Shown here in pieces: positions 19,438 through 28,469 of a DNA stretch of 64,000 bases. The stretch comes from a virus. The translations under genes and the position numbers were made by a program. Below the pieces are notes generated by a model. That model did no database searches. It had not been told where the DNA came from and saw nothing but the letters and a program-made list of their open reading frames with translations. Positions within the stretch are counted from its first letter, which is position 1, and each line of letters starts with the position of its first letter. Location of the stretch: the IMG/VR virus record IMGVR_UViG_3300021959_007960, positions 64,001-128,000 of that record; one strand, 5' to 3'.

Positions 19438-20266
19438 TATTGCTTTCTATTATTCTGTCTAGACCTGTAAAAATTGATATGGTTGGTTTGAACCCAAGAG
19501 ACTTTAGCTTAGAAATATCTAAATACATATCTTGAACCTGTACTGTTTTATGAAAATCTGGTGGTGCAATAGTAATCAATTTAGATGTAGAACCCGTTTT
19601 AAATTTTACATATTCAATTAGGGGTCTAAATCTTTGTGGTATACCACTCCCTACATTTATTATAGTATTTGTATCAGCTTTGTCAATGCACAAAGTTATA
19701 GCTTTACACACATCTTTTACATGCATAAAATCACGAATATTTGAACCATCATCATATAATTCAACATCTTCATTAGCAATAACCTTTCGAACCATAAACT
19801 GTAAAGCATTTCTTTTTACGGATACATTAGTTGCATTTTCTCCGTAAACATTACACAACCTTAATATTCTATATTTTAAATTAAAAGTTTCACAATAAGA
19901 TTGAATTAATTGCTCTGCTGCATATTTGGTAATAGAATAAAACCCCTTAGGCTTACAAGTACTGTCTTCATTGGCTGGAAAATCAGTATCTCCATAGACA
20001 AACCACGAGCTTATAAAATTAAAGATGTTATTGGGGCATTTTACTTTAAACTCTTTAAGCACAGAAACTAGTTTAGTTAAGTTTACATCAATATCAAGAT
20101 TAACATTTTCAAACACATTATAGTTATGTGTAGTACTAATAAAATATACGGTATCTGTATTAGAAATTGGCTTATTACTTTCTCTAGATATTTTAAATAG
20201 ATCAGAATCAGAAGAACAAAAATGACTTCCTATAAAACCGCTAGATCCAAATATAGATTTTTTCAT
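19430..20266 (-). CDS. NAD-dependent epimerase/dehydratase
   Basis: GSSGFIG, SSWFVYG, YSITK, RLCNVYG, RDFMHV. Confidence 0.9.
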   Translation of the reverse strand: MKKSIFGSSGFIGSHFCSSDSDLFKISRESNKPISNTDTVYFISTTHNYNVFENVNLDIDVNLTKLVSVLKEFKVKCPNNIFNFISSWFVYGDTDFPANEDSTCKPKGFYSITKYAAEQLIQSYCETFNLKYRILRLCNVYGENATNVSVKRNALQFMVRKVIANEDVELYDDGSNIRDFMHVKDVCKAITLCIDKADTNTIINVGSGIPQRFRPLIEYVKFKTGSTSKLITIAPPDFHKTVQVQDMYLDISKLKSLGFKPTISIFTGLDRIIESNNE

Positions 20267-21222
20267 AAAGATAAGACCTTTACATCAAAAGGTATATTAT
20301 ATATTTTACTAGGCCACATAATAAAACTAGATCCCCAAGCATAGCAACTAAACGTAATATTTTTTTTACTATTAATAATAAATTTTAAATCTAAAGCAGT
20401 ATCTCTAAGTGCCGTTTTTTTAATAGGATTTTTAAATTCTGTATATTTTAGCAGGCCCGGACTAGGAGATGTATGAACACTATTGCAATGTAAAACATGA
20501 ATATTTTTATGACGAGAGCCTTCTTCTTGTACAAATTTTTTAAAATCATTAGAGTCTGATAGAACAACAGTATTTTTAAAATTATTTTTTTTTGATTCTT
20601 TTTTAATTAGATAGTAGTAATAATCATAGTCGTGTTGAAACTTTTTTAAGTTATAATTATTTTTAACAATTTCATCTGTGTCTTGTAATTTTTGGTCTAT
20701 GTCTTTTAATGTGTGTCGGTCTCCTAATCTAAAATGAACTATACCATAATCTTGAGGAGATAATTTCTTAAATAATTTATTAATTTCTGAACTAAAAATT
20801 ATGCTATCTTTTACCATACTTATACACTTATCAGATACTGCACTATTGCATATATTTTTTGTTCTGTTTTCAGAAAAATCGTTATCTAAAGCAGAATACC
20901 ACGAAGATACTGTTGCTGGCTTAAAAGAAGAGTCTTCAAATATTGTATTTACAATGTCGTTAAGACCTGTTTCTATTCTTTTTTCATGAGGGATATTTAA
21001 TAAAGAATTTCTAAAGTCCTCTGCATCTATTATATATTTAGTATCGTATTTAGGATATTTATGTTGAGAGTAGATGTATTGACTGATAGCATGATTACTC
21101 CAATCCATACCAACATCTAAACCAAATTTAAGACATATTGTTTGGAGATGGCTTGTTCCTTTTATAAAATCTCCTATACCACCACTGAATTTATCGTGGT
21201 AGCAATTAATAATATCAAACAT
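20263..21222 (-). CDS. Fucosyltransferase-like (NodZ/GT23/GT11-type)
   Basis: GGIGD, VHFRLGD, LSDS, SSF. Confidence 0.65.
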   Translation of the reverse strand: MFDIINCYHDKFSGGIGDFIKGTSHLQTICLKFGLDVGMDWSNHAISQYIYSQHKYPKYDTKYIIDAEDFRNSLLNIPHEKRIETGLNDIVNTIFEDSSFKPATVSSWYSALDNDFSENRTKNICNSAVSDKCISMVKDSIIFSSEINKLFKKLSPQDYGIVHFRLGDRHTLKDIDQKLQDTDEIVKNNYNLKKFQHDYDYYYYLIKKESKKNNFKNTVVLSDSNDFKKFVQEEGSRHKNIHVLHCNSVHTSPSPGLLKYTEFKNPIKKTALRDTALDLKFIINSKKNITFSCYAWGSSFIMWPSKIYNIPFDVKVLSL

Positions 21223-21240
21223 AAGTCCTTAATTTTCCTA

Positions 21241-21489
21241 TTATCTTTTAGTTAACTTATTATATACTAATAGTGCAACTACTGATCCAGCAATTCCTAA
21301 AATGATACCAGCAGGAGCAACTGCGCTTTCTACGCCAAGTAAATATGCCGCCGCACCACCAGCATATGAACCAGCAACACCCAAGCAAATAGTTTGGAAG
21401 AAACCCATTTTTTCTTCGCCGGGGACAATGCTTTTAGCAATAGAACCTACTGCCACACCATAAACACACCATATTAAAATACTAATCAT
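21241..21489 (-). CDS. GlsB/YeaQ/YmgE stress-response membrane protein
   Basis: G-rich 3-TM pattern, IAKSIVPG...TICLGVAGSYAGG. Confidence 0.85.
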   Translation of the reverse strand: MISILIWCVYGVAVGSIAKSIVPGEEKMGFFQTICLGVAGSYAGGAAAYLLGVESAVAPAGIILGIAGSVVALLVYNKLTKR

Positions 21490-21844
21490 TTGCAGCCTCC
21501 ATTAAAGCCTTTGTTTCAGAAAGTGAAATATTGTTACCCACATTTAAAATGGCCGACTCCAATTCGCCCCTATATTTTATATATTGATCTGTACTCATAA
21601 CTTTTCTCATTTCTCTGCGAAGTCTCCATCTTGCCAGAGCTCTTTGATTACAGAATTTTTTCATATCACTATATATATCTTCGGTAGAACTATTTACCTT
21701 ATTACATTCTTGTATAATGCGTATAGCAGTAAAGCACAAACTAAGTACCATTAATAGTGCTATAACACTACCAAATTTTTCTTCTTCTGGTATATTAGTT
21801 TCTGCTAAAATCTTTTTAGAGATATTTTGTAATTCTGTATTCAT
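21482..21844 (-). CDS. Hypothetical membrane protein
   Basis: One TM segment. Confidence 0.6.
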   Translation of the reverse strand: MNTELQNISKKILAETNIPEEEKFGSVIALLMVLSLCFTAIRIIQECNKVNSSTEDIYSDMKKFCNQRALARWRLRREMRKVMSTDQYIKYRGELESAILNVGNNISLSETKALMEAAND

Positions 21845-21857
21845 AATGATATTTATG

Positions 21858-22739
21858 TTATATAGTATTTTTATCTGTGTTAGGATACACCGTTTCTGTT
21901 TTTCTTCGATGTTCTAAATACGATTTAATATTATTTAATAATAGTGAATTGTTTATAGCATATAAGTTATTGTCGTCAATTCGTAAATCTGTAGAAGGGG
22001 CAAAATTATATGCTGTTAGTATATTATTTCTGGATAGGTATTTCCTATTGTGTATAGAGCCGTGGAAAAAATGCTCTATTGAACCTTTAGTATAGCCGAT
22101 ATTGCCCTGTACTTTTGACCAACTATCCCAAGCCCACAGTAAAAATTCTTTACGATATTTAAGGTTTAAATCAATAATATATTGATGATTCCATATACCC
22201 ATCCAAGCCATTAGTTGCAACACATCTCCATTACCTACTGGATCACAATCATATAATTTATTGTTCACTAGAATATCTTTTCTAAAAGCCCAACAAAAAC
22301 CGACATGAGGATATGTTGGCTGTTCATGATCGTGTGCAAGTTTAAATCCTAAGCTAGTATTATTATTGTATTCATTTATTTTTGGAGTTTCAAAGCAGGT
22401 GTCAAACATTTGAACTACAGAATATCTATCTAACTGCTTTAATGTATCCTTAGCGAAATGACGACTATAAAACCTAATGTCTGTATCTATCCAAGCTATA
22501 GCCTGAGCGTTGAGGGGTAATGTTTCTATAGCAAGATTAAGACATCTTTCTTTTTGCCAAAAAATATTATTTGGATTAGATCTAATCTTAATACTATCTT
22601 CAATAAAAAATTGCTGATGAGGTAAAGCTACCTCTATTGTTGTTATAGGGTGTGGAAAGTGTTTTCTAAATTTAATATAATTTTCTTTAATCTTAATAGA
22701 ATCACTAAAATTAAAATAAGAGCAAATAAAATGTAGCAT
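21858..22739 (-). CDS. GT-A-like glycosyltransferase
   Basis: WQKERCLN, WIDTD, GFCWAFR, GNGD, HFFHG..NRKY. Confidence 0.6.
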   Translation of the reverse strand: MLHFICSYFNFSDSIKIKENYIKFRKHFPHPITTIEVALPHQQFFIEDSIKIRSNPNNIFWQKERCLNLAIETLPLNAQAIAWIDTDIRFYSRHFAKDTLKQLDRYSVVQMFDTCFETPKINEYNNNTSLGFKLAHDHEQPTYPHVGFCWAFRKDILVNNKLYDCDPVGNGDVLQLMAWMGIWNHQYIIDLNLKYRKEFLLWAWDSWSKVQGNIGYTKGSIEHFFHGSIHNRKYLSRNNILTAYNFAPSTDLRIDDNNLYAINNSLLLNNIKSYLEHRRKTETVYPNTDKNTI

Positions 22740-23008
22740 TAGTCTCTGATGATTTTAGTTTTTTGAATACCATTTTCAGGTTCGCAATATCCACAATCCA
22801 CTTTAGCTATACCATCTCCACTAATGTACCATCCCTTACCTTTGCATACAGGACAGTCTTTCCTTTTGTATTTTACAGAAATAGCATCGCTAGTTTTTAG
22901 AACAGCACCGCTAAGGCATACTCCTGCCATAGTGGATATTTTGCTTGTGTCAGTGCTTACTGATACTGTAGAGATTAAAGCTAACGCTATAATAGTTTTA
23001 TGAATCAT
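22739..23008 (-). CDS. Secreted protein with DnaJ-type Zn repeat
   Basis: Signal-like N-terminus, CPVCKGKG...CGYC. Confidence 0.6.
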   Translation of the reverse strand: MIHKTIIALALISTVSVSTDTSKISTMAGVCLSGAVLKTSDAISVKYKRKDCPVCKGKGWYISGDGIAKVDCGYCEPENGIQKTKIIRD

Positions 23009-23175
23009 TTAAACCACCTATCTAAAATATCTTTTAGGGGTTTTCTTCTTTTAGGTTCTGAAGAGTCGTTAGGTGAAAACATTTTTAAAATAGCCAAAAT
23101 AAAATCAGTAATAATTTTAACAAGTTGATTAATTGCTATTTTATCTAAAAAACCTTTATGTTTATTGTCTGTCAT
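23005..23175 (-). CDS. Small hypothetical protein (56 aa, below ORF-track cutoff)
   Basis: MTDNKHKGFLDK...LDRWFK fills the gap with ATGA overlaps on both sides. Confidence 0.65.
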   Translation of the reverse strand: MTDNKHKGFLDKIAINQLVKIITDFILAILKMFSPNDSSEPKRRKPLKDILDRWFK

Positions 23176-24098
23176 AAGTATTCTCCAAATCCGTAATCGG
23201 GTAATTTTTGAGGAGGAAAACCATTGAAATCACTAAAGGCATAAGCCCCGTTTTGTCTAAGCATCCCTTCTGCTACATCGGCATGTATCAAGAAAGAGCC
23301 GTCTGGAATTGGCCCCCATTCAGGATGCCCACCGGAGTTCCATTTACCCCAGCTGTTTTGTACTAAGAATGCTGGTTCTTTACCAGTATCATCACAAGCT
23401 GTCCATGCCATTGCGTGAGCCCATGACCCACTTTTTCGAGCAAATCCAGTACTACTACGTTTATTGGAAAATCCATAACCACTACACACACTTAAACCAT
23501 AGCCATTAGCTAGAGCATCTCTCGCTTCTTCTACAGTTTTGATTAGCGATACTGTTCTAATTTGGTGATCATCTGCTTTATCTACAACTTTATCGGGAAC
23601 TCCCCTACCTCCCCAATTAGTGCCGATCTTACTATTATATTTACTTAAGTTTATAATTCCTGGGTAGTTTTTTCTGACTAATAATCCTCCAGTTTTACTT
23701 ACAAAAGTTGCGGCCCTAGCACAACTCATACCTTGTCCAGTATGACCTCTTGCTCCATAGATTGCTTCTGTTGCCCCTCTAGCAATCCAACTTTCTTTAT
23801 CTCCCTTAACATCTATTTCTACTGCTCTTGTTAAATCGCATCCGTTACGAGTAGCGTGTGAAACACAATCGCCTGTAGTTTGTCTTTCTACATAGGCATT
23901 CTTATCAAACTTTAGTACTGACATAAACGGAGTTGATAGTTTGCCTTTTCCGCTATTTTTAATTCTTTTAGCACCATCTTTAAAATATGCATACTTAGAC
24001 ATCTCTACTAAATCATCAAAAACATGCTGTTCCCAAAGACATCCGCTAAAACCTTTTCTGTATTCGTTATATAGAGCTTCTGGTGTGAACTTAGACAT
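23172..24098 (-). CDS. Papain-like (C1) cysteine protease
   Basis: QTTGDCVS (Cys), AHAMAW (His), VQNSWG (Asn). Confidence 0.88.
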   Translation of the reverse strand: MSKFTPEALYNEYRKGFSGCLWEQHVFDDLVEMSKYAYFKDGAKRIKNSGKGKLSTPFMSVLKFDKNAYVERQTTGDCVSHATRNGCDLTRAVEIDVKGDKESWIARGATEAIYGARGHTGQGMSCARAATFVSKTGGLLVRKNYPGIINLSKYNSKIGTNWGGRGVPDKVVDKADDHQIRTVSLIKTVEEARDALANGYGLSVCSGYGFSNKRSSTGFARKSGSWAHAMAWTACDDTGKEPAFLVQNSWGKWNSGGHPEWGPIPDGSFLIHADVAEGMLRQNGAYAFSDFNGFPPQKLPDYGFGEYL

Positions 24099-24593
24099 TT
24101 ACTTTGCTCCCTCTAAACAGCCCCAAGCTAAAGCCTGAAATGCTTCTACAGATTTATTTCTTAATGCTTTGTCTAAAGCAACAGAATCTCCAGAGACATG
24201 CTCTTTCACTAATTTGTCACATGCTTCAGCCAATCCCGGATACTTGCCCCTTAAATCAATACGCAATAGTTGTGCAGCTAATACGTTGGCTTCTTTAATA
24301 GTTTCTGTAGTTTTGATAATAGGCTTGTCATCTAGCGATATTAATTTTGACATATCATTATATAATTGTGCCAATCTATATCCATCTTGTTTTCTATCAT
24401 CATCACCTTGCTTAAATTTATCGGCTACATTTTCTGCTAATGTTTTTAATGTAGAATTTGATGGTTCTGGAATATCTAATTCCTCCACAGGAATCACAGA
24501 TGGAACATTAACTATAGGTAGAGAAATATTGGATCTGTTTAATCCTAAGACAATAAATATAGCAATGATAACAAGCAGTATTTTTTTACTCAT
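24099..24593 (-). CDS. Membrane-anchored/secreted hypothetical protein
   Basis: N-terminal hydrophobic anchor. Confidence 0.65.
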   Translation of the reverse strand: MSKKILLVIIAIFIVLGLNRSNISLPIVNVPSVIPVEELDIPEPSNSTLKTLAENVADKFKQGDDDRKQDGYRLAQLYNDMSKLISLDDKPIIKTTETIKEANVLAAQLLRIDLRGKYPGLAEACDKLVKEHVSGDSVALDKALRNKSVEAFQALAWGCLEGAK

Positions 24594-24936
24594 TTTTATC
24601 TTCTTCCTTTGGAACTAAATATGGAAACATTTGATCTGCTATTTCAACAGCTTTATCGGCTCCATAAATCTCAGCTAAATCTCTTGTTTGTTTCCAACTT
24701 TTGATCAATTCAAAAAAGACATCATCTTGTATAGAGTCTGGGTACTCAACATCCACAGGAATTAAATCAGTCTTATTTTTATTATCTTGCCAAGAGTTGA
24801 AATTATTTTTTAGATTATTTACAATTTTATTTATTTGTTCCTGAAATAATACATATAAGACTACAAGTAATCCTGCATAAAGAACAAGATCAACAGTTGA
24901 TAATCCTGCTCCAAAATTTTCTAACGCTTCTTTCAT
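24586..24936 (-). CDS. Membrane hypothetical protein
   Basis: Single TM. Confidence 0.65.
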   Translation of the reverse strand: MKEALENFGAGLSTVDLVLYAGLLVVLYVLFQEQINKIVNNLKNNFNSWQDNKNKTDLIPVDVEYPDSIQDDVFFELIKSWKQTRDLAEIYGADKAVEIADQMFPYLVPKEEDKNE

Positions 24937-25382
24937 GTCGTCCTCGCTATCTCTGTTAAGTGGTCTAAAAAGTCATTAATTGGTGCTTCAGTAGTAAGTT
25001 CTGTTGTTTTTATCACATTAAACACACCTACATCTTTAAAAGTAGCAACTAAAGCGTCTATAGCTGAATCTACCAAAATCATTAAAATTTTCTTGATATA
25101 GTCATGAATCAAAGACTCTAATGCACTAGGTAAAAATGGTAGGTCAATATGTTCAAAAATTGCATCATAGAAACTATTAATCAGTTCCATAGCCAGTTTC
25201 TTCTTTTCAGCACCGCCTAAATCCGTAGCTATATTTTCAATTACTTGTATTACTGCTGCTGTTAAAAGTTGCAAAATCTTCCATGCTTCTGCTATTGCAA
25301 AGCTCTTAACTTCACCTAAAGATTTTTTACTGGCTTCAATTAATTTATCAATTTCTGCTCGTACCTGATCAGATGTTGTCAT
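24933..25382 (-). CDS. Hypothetical amphipathic helical protein (holin-like)
   Basis: GAEKKKLA motif seen in phage holin-like proteins. Confidence 0.5.
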   Translation of the reverse strand: MTTSDQVRAEIDKLIEASKKSLGEVKSFAIAEAWKILQLLTAAVIQVIENIATDLGGAEKKKLAMELINSFYDAIFEHIDLPFLPSALESLIHDYIKKILMILVDSAIDALVATFKDVGVFNVIKTTELTTEAPINDFLDHLTEIARTT

Positions 25383-25846
25383 GATTTTTCCTCTACTGTT
25401 AAATACTTTTCTATATCTCTATAAGTTCGTTCACCTATACCATTTACAGACATAAGATCTGTTACATTTTCAAAAGGGCCATTAGCATCTCTGTGTCTAA
25501 TAATTTTTTGAGCCAGAGAAGTGCCAATATGAGGTAGCTGTATTAGTTCTGCAAGGCTGGCACTATTTATATTAACCTCAGAAATGGTTTTGTCAACCCC
25601 TATATAATTTTCTAATTCAGTGCTGATATTTTGTTCTTCTTGTTCTTTTGCTCTTTTTTTAGACATATAGCGAGCAAATACAGCAACTTGGCCTACAATT
25701 AAAATTATGCTCTCTACGGCGTGAGTGACCACGTATGTTAATTCTTCTTTATCGTAGTCACTAATAACGCCAAGTAAAAATAAACCGCTAATTATAAAAC
25801 TTACTATAGTAAACCAAAATTCAGAAGTTTTATATCTTGAGTTCAT
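25379..25846 (-). CDS. 2-TM membrane protein fused to ComEA-type HhH DNA-binding domain
   Basis: YKTSEFW + 2 TMs; NINSASLAELIQLPHIG...GPF..V.DL..VNGIG. Confidence 0.85.
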   Translation of the reverse strand: MNSRYKTSEFWFTIVSFIISGLFLLGVISDYDKEELTYVVTHAVESIILIVGQVAVFARYMSKKRAKEQEEQNISTELENYIGVDKTISEVNINSASLAELIQLPHIGTSLAQKIIRHRDANGPFENVTDLMSVNGIGERTYRDIEKYLTVEEKS

Positions 25847-25849
25847 TTA

Positions 25850-26083
25850 TCATGCCCCGCCACCGTCGATACCTGAAGCTGTATTGTAGTATGCAACCTC
25901 GTCTAGTCTATTCGTATATGTGGTTTCAACCGTAGCATGTAAAGGAGTATTTACAACATAAGTATCAATAGTTTGATAGATATTACCAGGAACTTTAGAA
26001 GTCCCAATTACAATAGTACCATGCTTAATAGTGTCTGTGCTTGTGACTGCTGACTGTAAAACATCTGTAGTGCTAACTGCCAT
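25850..26083 (-). CDS. Hypothetical protein
   Basis: 77 aa, GAGG SD, GGTGTATAAT motif upstream. Confidence 0.6.
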   Translation of the reverse strand: MAVSTTDVLQSAVTSTDTIKHGTIVIGTSKVPGNIYQTIDTYVVNTPLHATVETTYTNRLDEVAYYNTASGIDGGGA

Positions 26084-26140
26084 GATTATGCCTCATATGA
26101 GTAAAGTGTGATATATCAATATATTATACACCGTTTTAAA

Positions 26141-26347
26141 CTATTGTGCGTTGCGATCATAAACAACTACTTGTCCAATAGCTATTTTATCTATACTATT
26201 ACCACCTACTTTTAGGTCAGAAACAGCGGTACTACCTATTTTATTAGTGTCTGTAATAGGATCGTCATAAGCCAAACCAGTAACTATCTTCTTAGGGGTT
26301 TCCCCACCGAGTATTCTTTCATACAATTGTCTATTCTGATCAGACAT
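26141..26347 (-). CDS. Hypothetical protein (possible virion fibre accessory)
   Basis: LKVGGNSIDKIAIGQVVVY resembles fibre-associated repeats. Confidence 0.5.
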   Translation of the reverse strand: MSDQNRQLYERILGGETPKKIVTGLAYDDPITDTNKIGSTAVSDLKVGGNSIDKIAIGQVVVYDRNAQ

Positions 26348-26348
26348 A

Positions 26349-26738
26349 TTATGTTCCTGTTACGAAATATACTGTTGAAGGATGCTTTGATCCTAAAGCT
26401 GAATAATCACCAGAACTAATACTAACTATATTAGTAACAATATTACCTCCACCGGCAACTCCTGTGTTACTTAGTAGTTCAGCATTAATGGTTACAGCAC
26501 CTGTTGTGCCACCACCACTTAATCCACTACCAGCAGTTACAGCAGTAATATCTCCAGCACCACCACCCCCAGCAATTAGTCCACTTAAAGAAGAAAAAGA
26601 ATCAGATCCGTTTCCTATTTTTAAGGTTTCTGTATCGGTAGCATACGCTGGTTCTCCGCTAGATAATACTTTACTAGCTAAATTTGATGCTGTATCTCTT
26701 CTTAATTGTATTTTTACCTTGCCATATTCATAAGCCAT
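26349..26738 (-). CDS. Short fibre protein with Mtd/hyaluronidase-type N-terminal domain
   Basis: IQLRRDTA...GEPAYATDT..LKIGNG; DITAVTAGSGLSGGG fibre repeat. Confidence 0.75.
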   Translation of the reverse strand: MAYEYGKVKIQLRRDTASNLASKVLSSGEPAYATDTETLKIGNGSDSFSSLSGLIAGGGGAGDITAVTAGSGLSGGGTTGAVTINAELLSNTGVAGGGNIVTNIVSISSGDYSALGSKHPSTVYFVTGT

Positions 26739-26743
26739 AATAG

Positions 26744-27094
26744 TTACCTTTCGATTCTATTTTCTAGTGCTTCTAAAGTTTTTCCTAAAGTAGCTATTTG
26801 TATTTTGAGTTCTGTCATTACTTCTGTATTTTTTTCTAATGCCCTAAATAATATATTAGTATCTTCTTTATGGCTGTTTAATCTTTCCATAATAAACTGT
26901 CTATCTTTAGCATATTGACTAGCCTGTGCTGTAGCAGCTATCATTTCTTCAACTTCTTTCCTGTTTACTAAGTTTTTAACAAAAGTAGTCCAAAATCCTA
27001 TAAGAGCAATTACAACACTGAACATTGATGTTGTAAAATTTTCAAAAAAATGACCTAATGTATTTGGATCTGGTTCTGACATGTGTTTCTCCAA
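26744..27094 (-). CDS. Single-TM coiled-coil protein (holin-like)
   Basis: TM followed by heptad coiled coil. Confidence 0.55.
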   Translation of the reverse strand: MEKHMSEPDPNTLGHFFENFTTSMFSVVIALIGFWTTFVKNLVNRKEVEEMIAATAQASQYAKDRQFIMERLNSHKEDTNILFRALEKNTEVMTELKIQIATLGKTLEALENRIER

Positions 27095-27106
27095 TAATTA
27101 GTTATA

Positions 27107-27142
27107 ATAAAAGCCAGAGATGCCTTAACATCCCTGGCTTCT
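27107..27142 (-). terminator. Intrinsic terminator-like hairpin
   Basis: AAGCCAGGGATG-TTAAGG-CATCTCTGGCTT followed by TTATT on minus strand. Confidence 0.65.
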
Positions 27143-27176
27143 CTAAATGATTTATACACCTAAATAATAATTCAAA

Positions 27177-27701
27177 TTAAGTATTTTTGGCACTATATTC
27201 ATCTTGAATCGCAAGAGGACTACCATCACGATAAGCAAACTCACCGGGAGTAGCACGGCTTGGATTAGCAGCATTATCATTGCCAAAATCAGGATCGAGG
27301 CCAGATAGTACAGGACTAAACTCTCCACTGAAAGCATTCCATCTACCATCTCTAATAGCCGTTGTAAGATCGCTTACAATGATACCAGAAGTTTGGTGAA
27401 TAGCATCTCTTTGACTTGGAACAGCAGCACCAGCTTGCAAAATGGTGTTACTAATACCTCCAATAGTGGTATTTACTCTACGAATAACACCTCTAGGACT
27501 ATCAAAAGCAAGTGTTCCAGCACTAACCGATTCATCTACTTGGCTGTTGTCTACAACAGTGGATGCAAATACTGTTTTTTCACCGGAAAAGAAAGGTCTA
27601 TCAGTTAATAAGTCTGAAGTCCCAACATGCTTACCTACTCCACCGTTATTCTTGGTGCTGGTAGTTGTAACGGCTGATCCGTCTACTTGTTTAGTGGCCA
27701 T
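27177..27701 (-). CDS. Hypothetical, probable virion protein
   Basis: G/T/S/A-rich, GGAG SD, followed by terminator. Confidence 0.6.
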   Translation of the reverse strand: MATKQVDGSAVTTTSTKNNGGVGKHVGTSDLLTDRPFFSGEKTVFASTVVDNSQVDESVSAGTLAFDSPRGVIRRVNTTIGGISNTILQAGAAVPSQRDAIHQTSGIIVSDLTTAIRDGRWNAFSGEFSPVLSGLDPDFGNDNAANPSRATPGEFAYRDGSPLAIQDEYSAKNT

Positions 27702-27773
27702 ATTAATTCTCCATATTTTAAAATTCGGGTTCTATAGCTATATGAACTAATACTACATTACCCCAAAGTAGAT

Positions 27774-28430
27774 TTAAATTCTATATTTTTGAGAAATATT
27801 AGCTAAAATCTGTGTATTATTGACCCTAAAATGAGTAATTTTATTTTTTTCTAATAAATTTAGATGATTATCGTTATAAATGTTAGCATTAGGAATTGTC
27901 TTAATTTCAGGTATTTCCTTCTCTATCATGGCTACTGCTATTAAATGGTCGAAAATATCGTCTAATTTATCTCCAGTAGATAGGTATATATCATTGAGAT
28001 CAAATTTAATCAAATTTTTTATAAGCCTATATAAACAAGCATAATTATATGATCTATATTCTAGAATATAGTGCAAATCCACAGAATTATTAGAACATAA
28101 TTCATAGCATTTAGAAATATCTGTTTTAATTTTAACGGTTTGCTTATTATTGATTAAAAAAGAAGGGGTTACCACTTCTATAGACTGACAGCCATCGGTA
28201 ATAGCCTGATTAATGATTTCTAATTTATGAGAAGTTTGAAGAACACCTAAAGGGAAATCTACAATAGCAGATATAACATATCTATCTTTAAAATGATTTT
28301 TAATACATTTAACATAAGGGGGTAAGCAAGCAATTTTTTTAACAAAATTATGCTCTTTTATTTTTTCTAAAGTATTAATCACTTCTTCGTTAGATAGTAC
28401 TGAGTCTGTACACTGAAATTCTATATTCAT
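27774..28430 (-). CDS. DeoC-like aldolase fold, catalytic Lys apparently lost
   Basis: IVDFPLG, AITDG..IEVV, YILE, YLSTG in place of KTSTG. Confidence 0.7.
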   Translation of the reverse strand: MNIEFQCTDSVLSNEEVINTLEKIKEHNFVKKIACLPPYVKCIKNHFKDRYVISAIVDFPLGVLQTSHKLEIINQAITDGCQSIEVVTPSFLINNKQTVKIKTDISKCYELCSNNSVDLHYILEYRSYNYACLYRLIKNLIKFDLNDIYLSTGDKLDDIFDHLIAVAMIEKEIPEIKTIPNANIYNDNHLNLLEKNKITHFRVNNTQILANISQKYRI

Positions 28431-28469
28431 TTTACTGTTCTCTTAGTATATTTTCTATTTATCAATACA

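Noticed and set aside
26349-26738. Diversity-generating retroelement target (Mtd-like)
   Set aside because: No C-type-lectin variable region, template repeat or reverse transcriptase in the window
27152-27349. Hydrophobic 65-aa overlapping ORF as an embedded spanin-like gene
   Set aside because: No lipobox or SD; hydrophobicity is expected from the alternate frame
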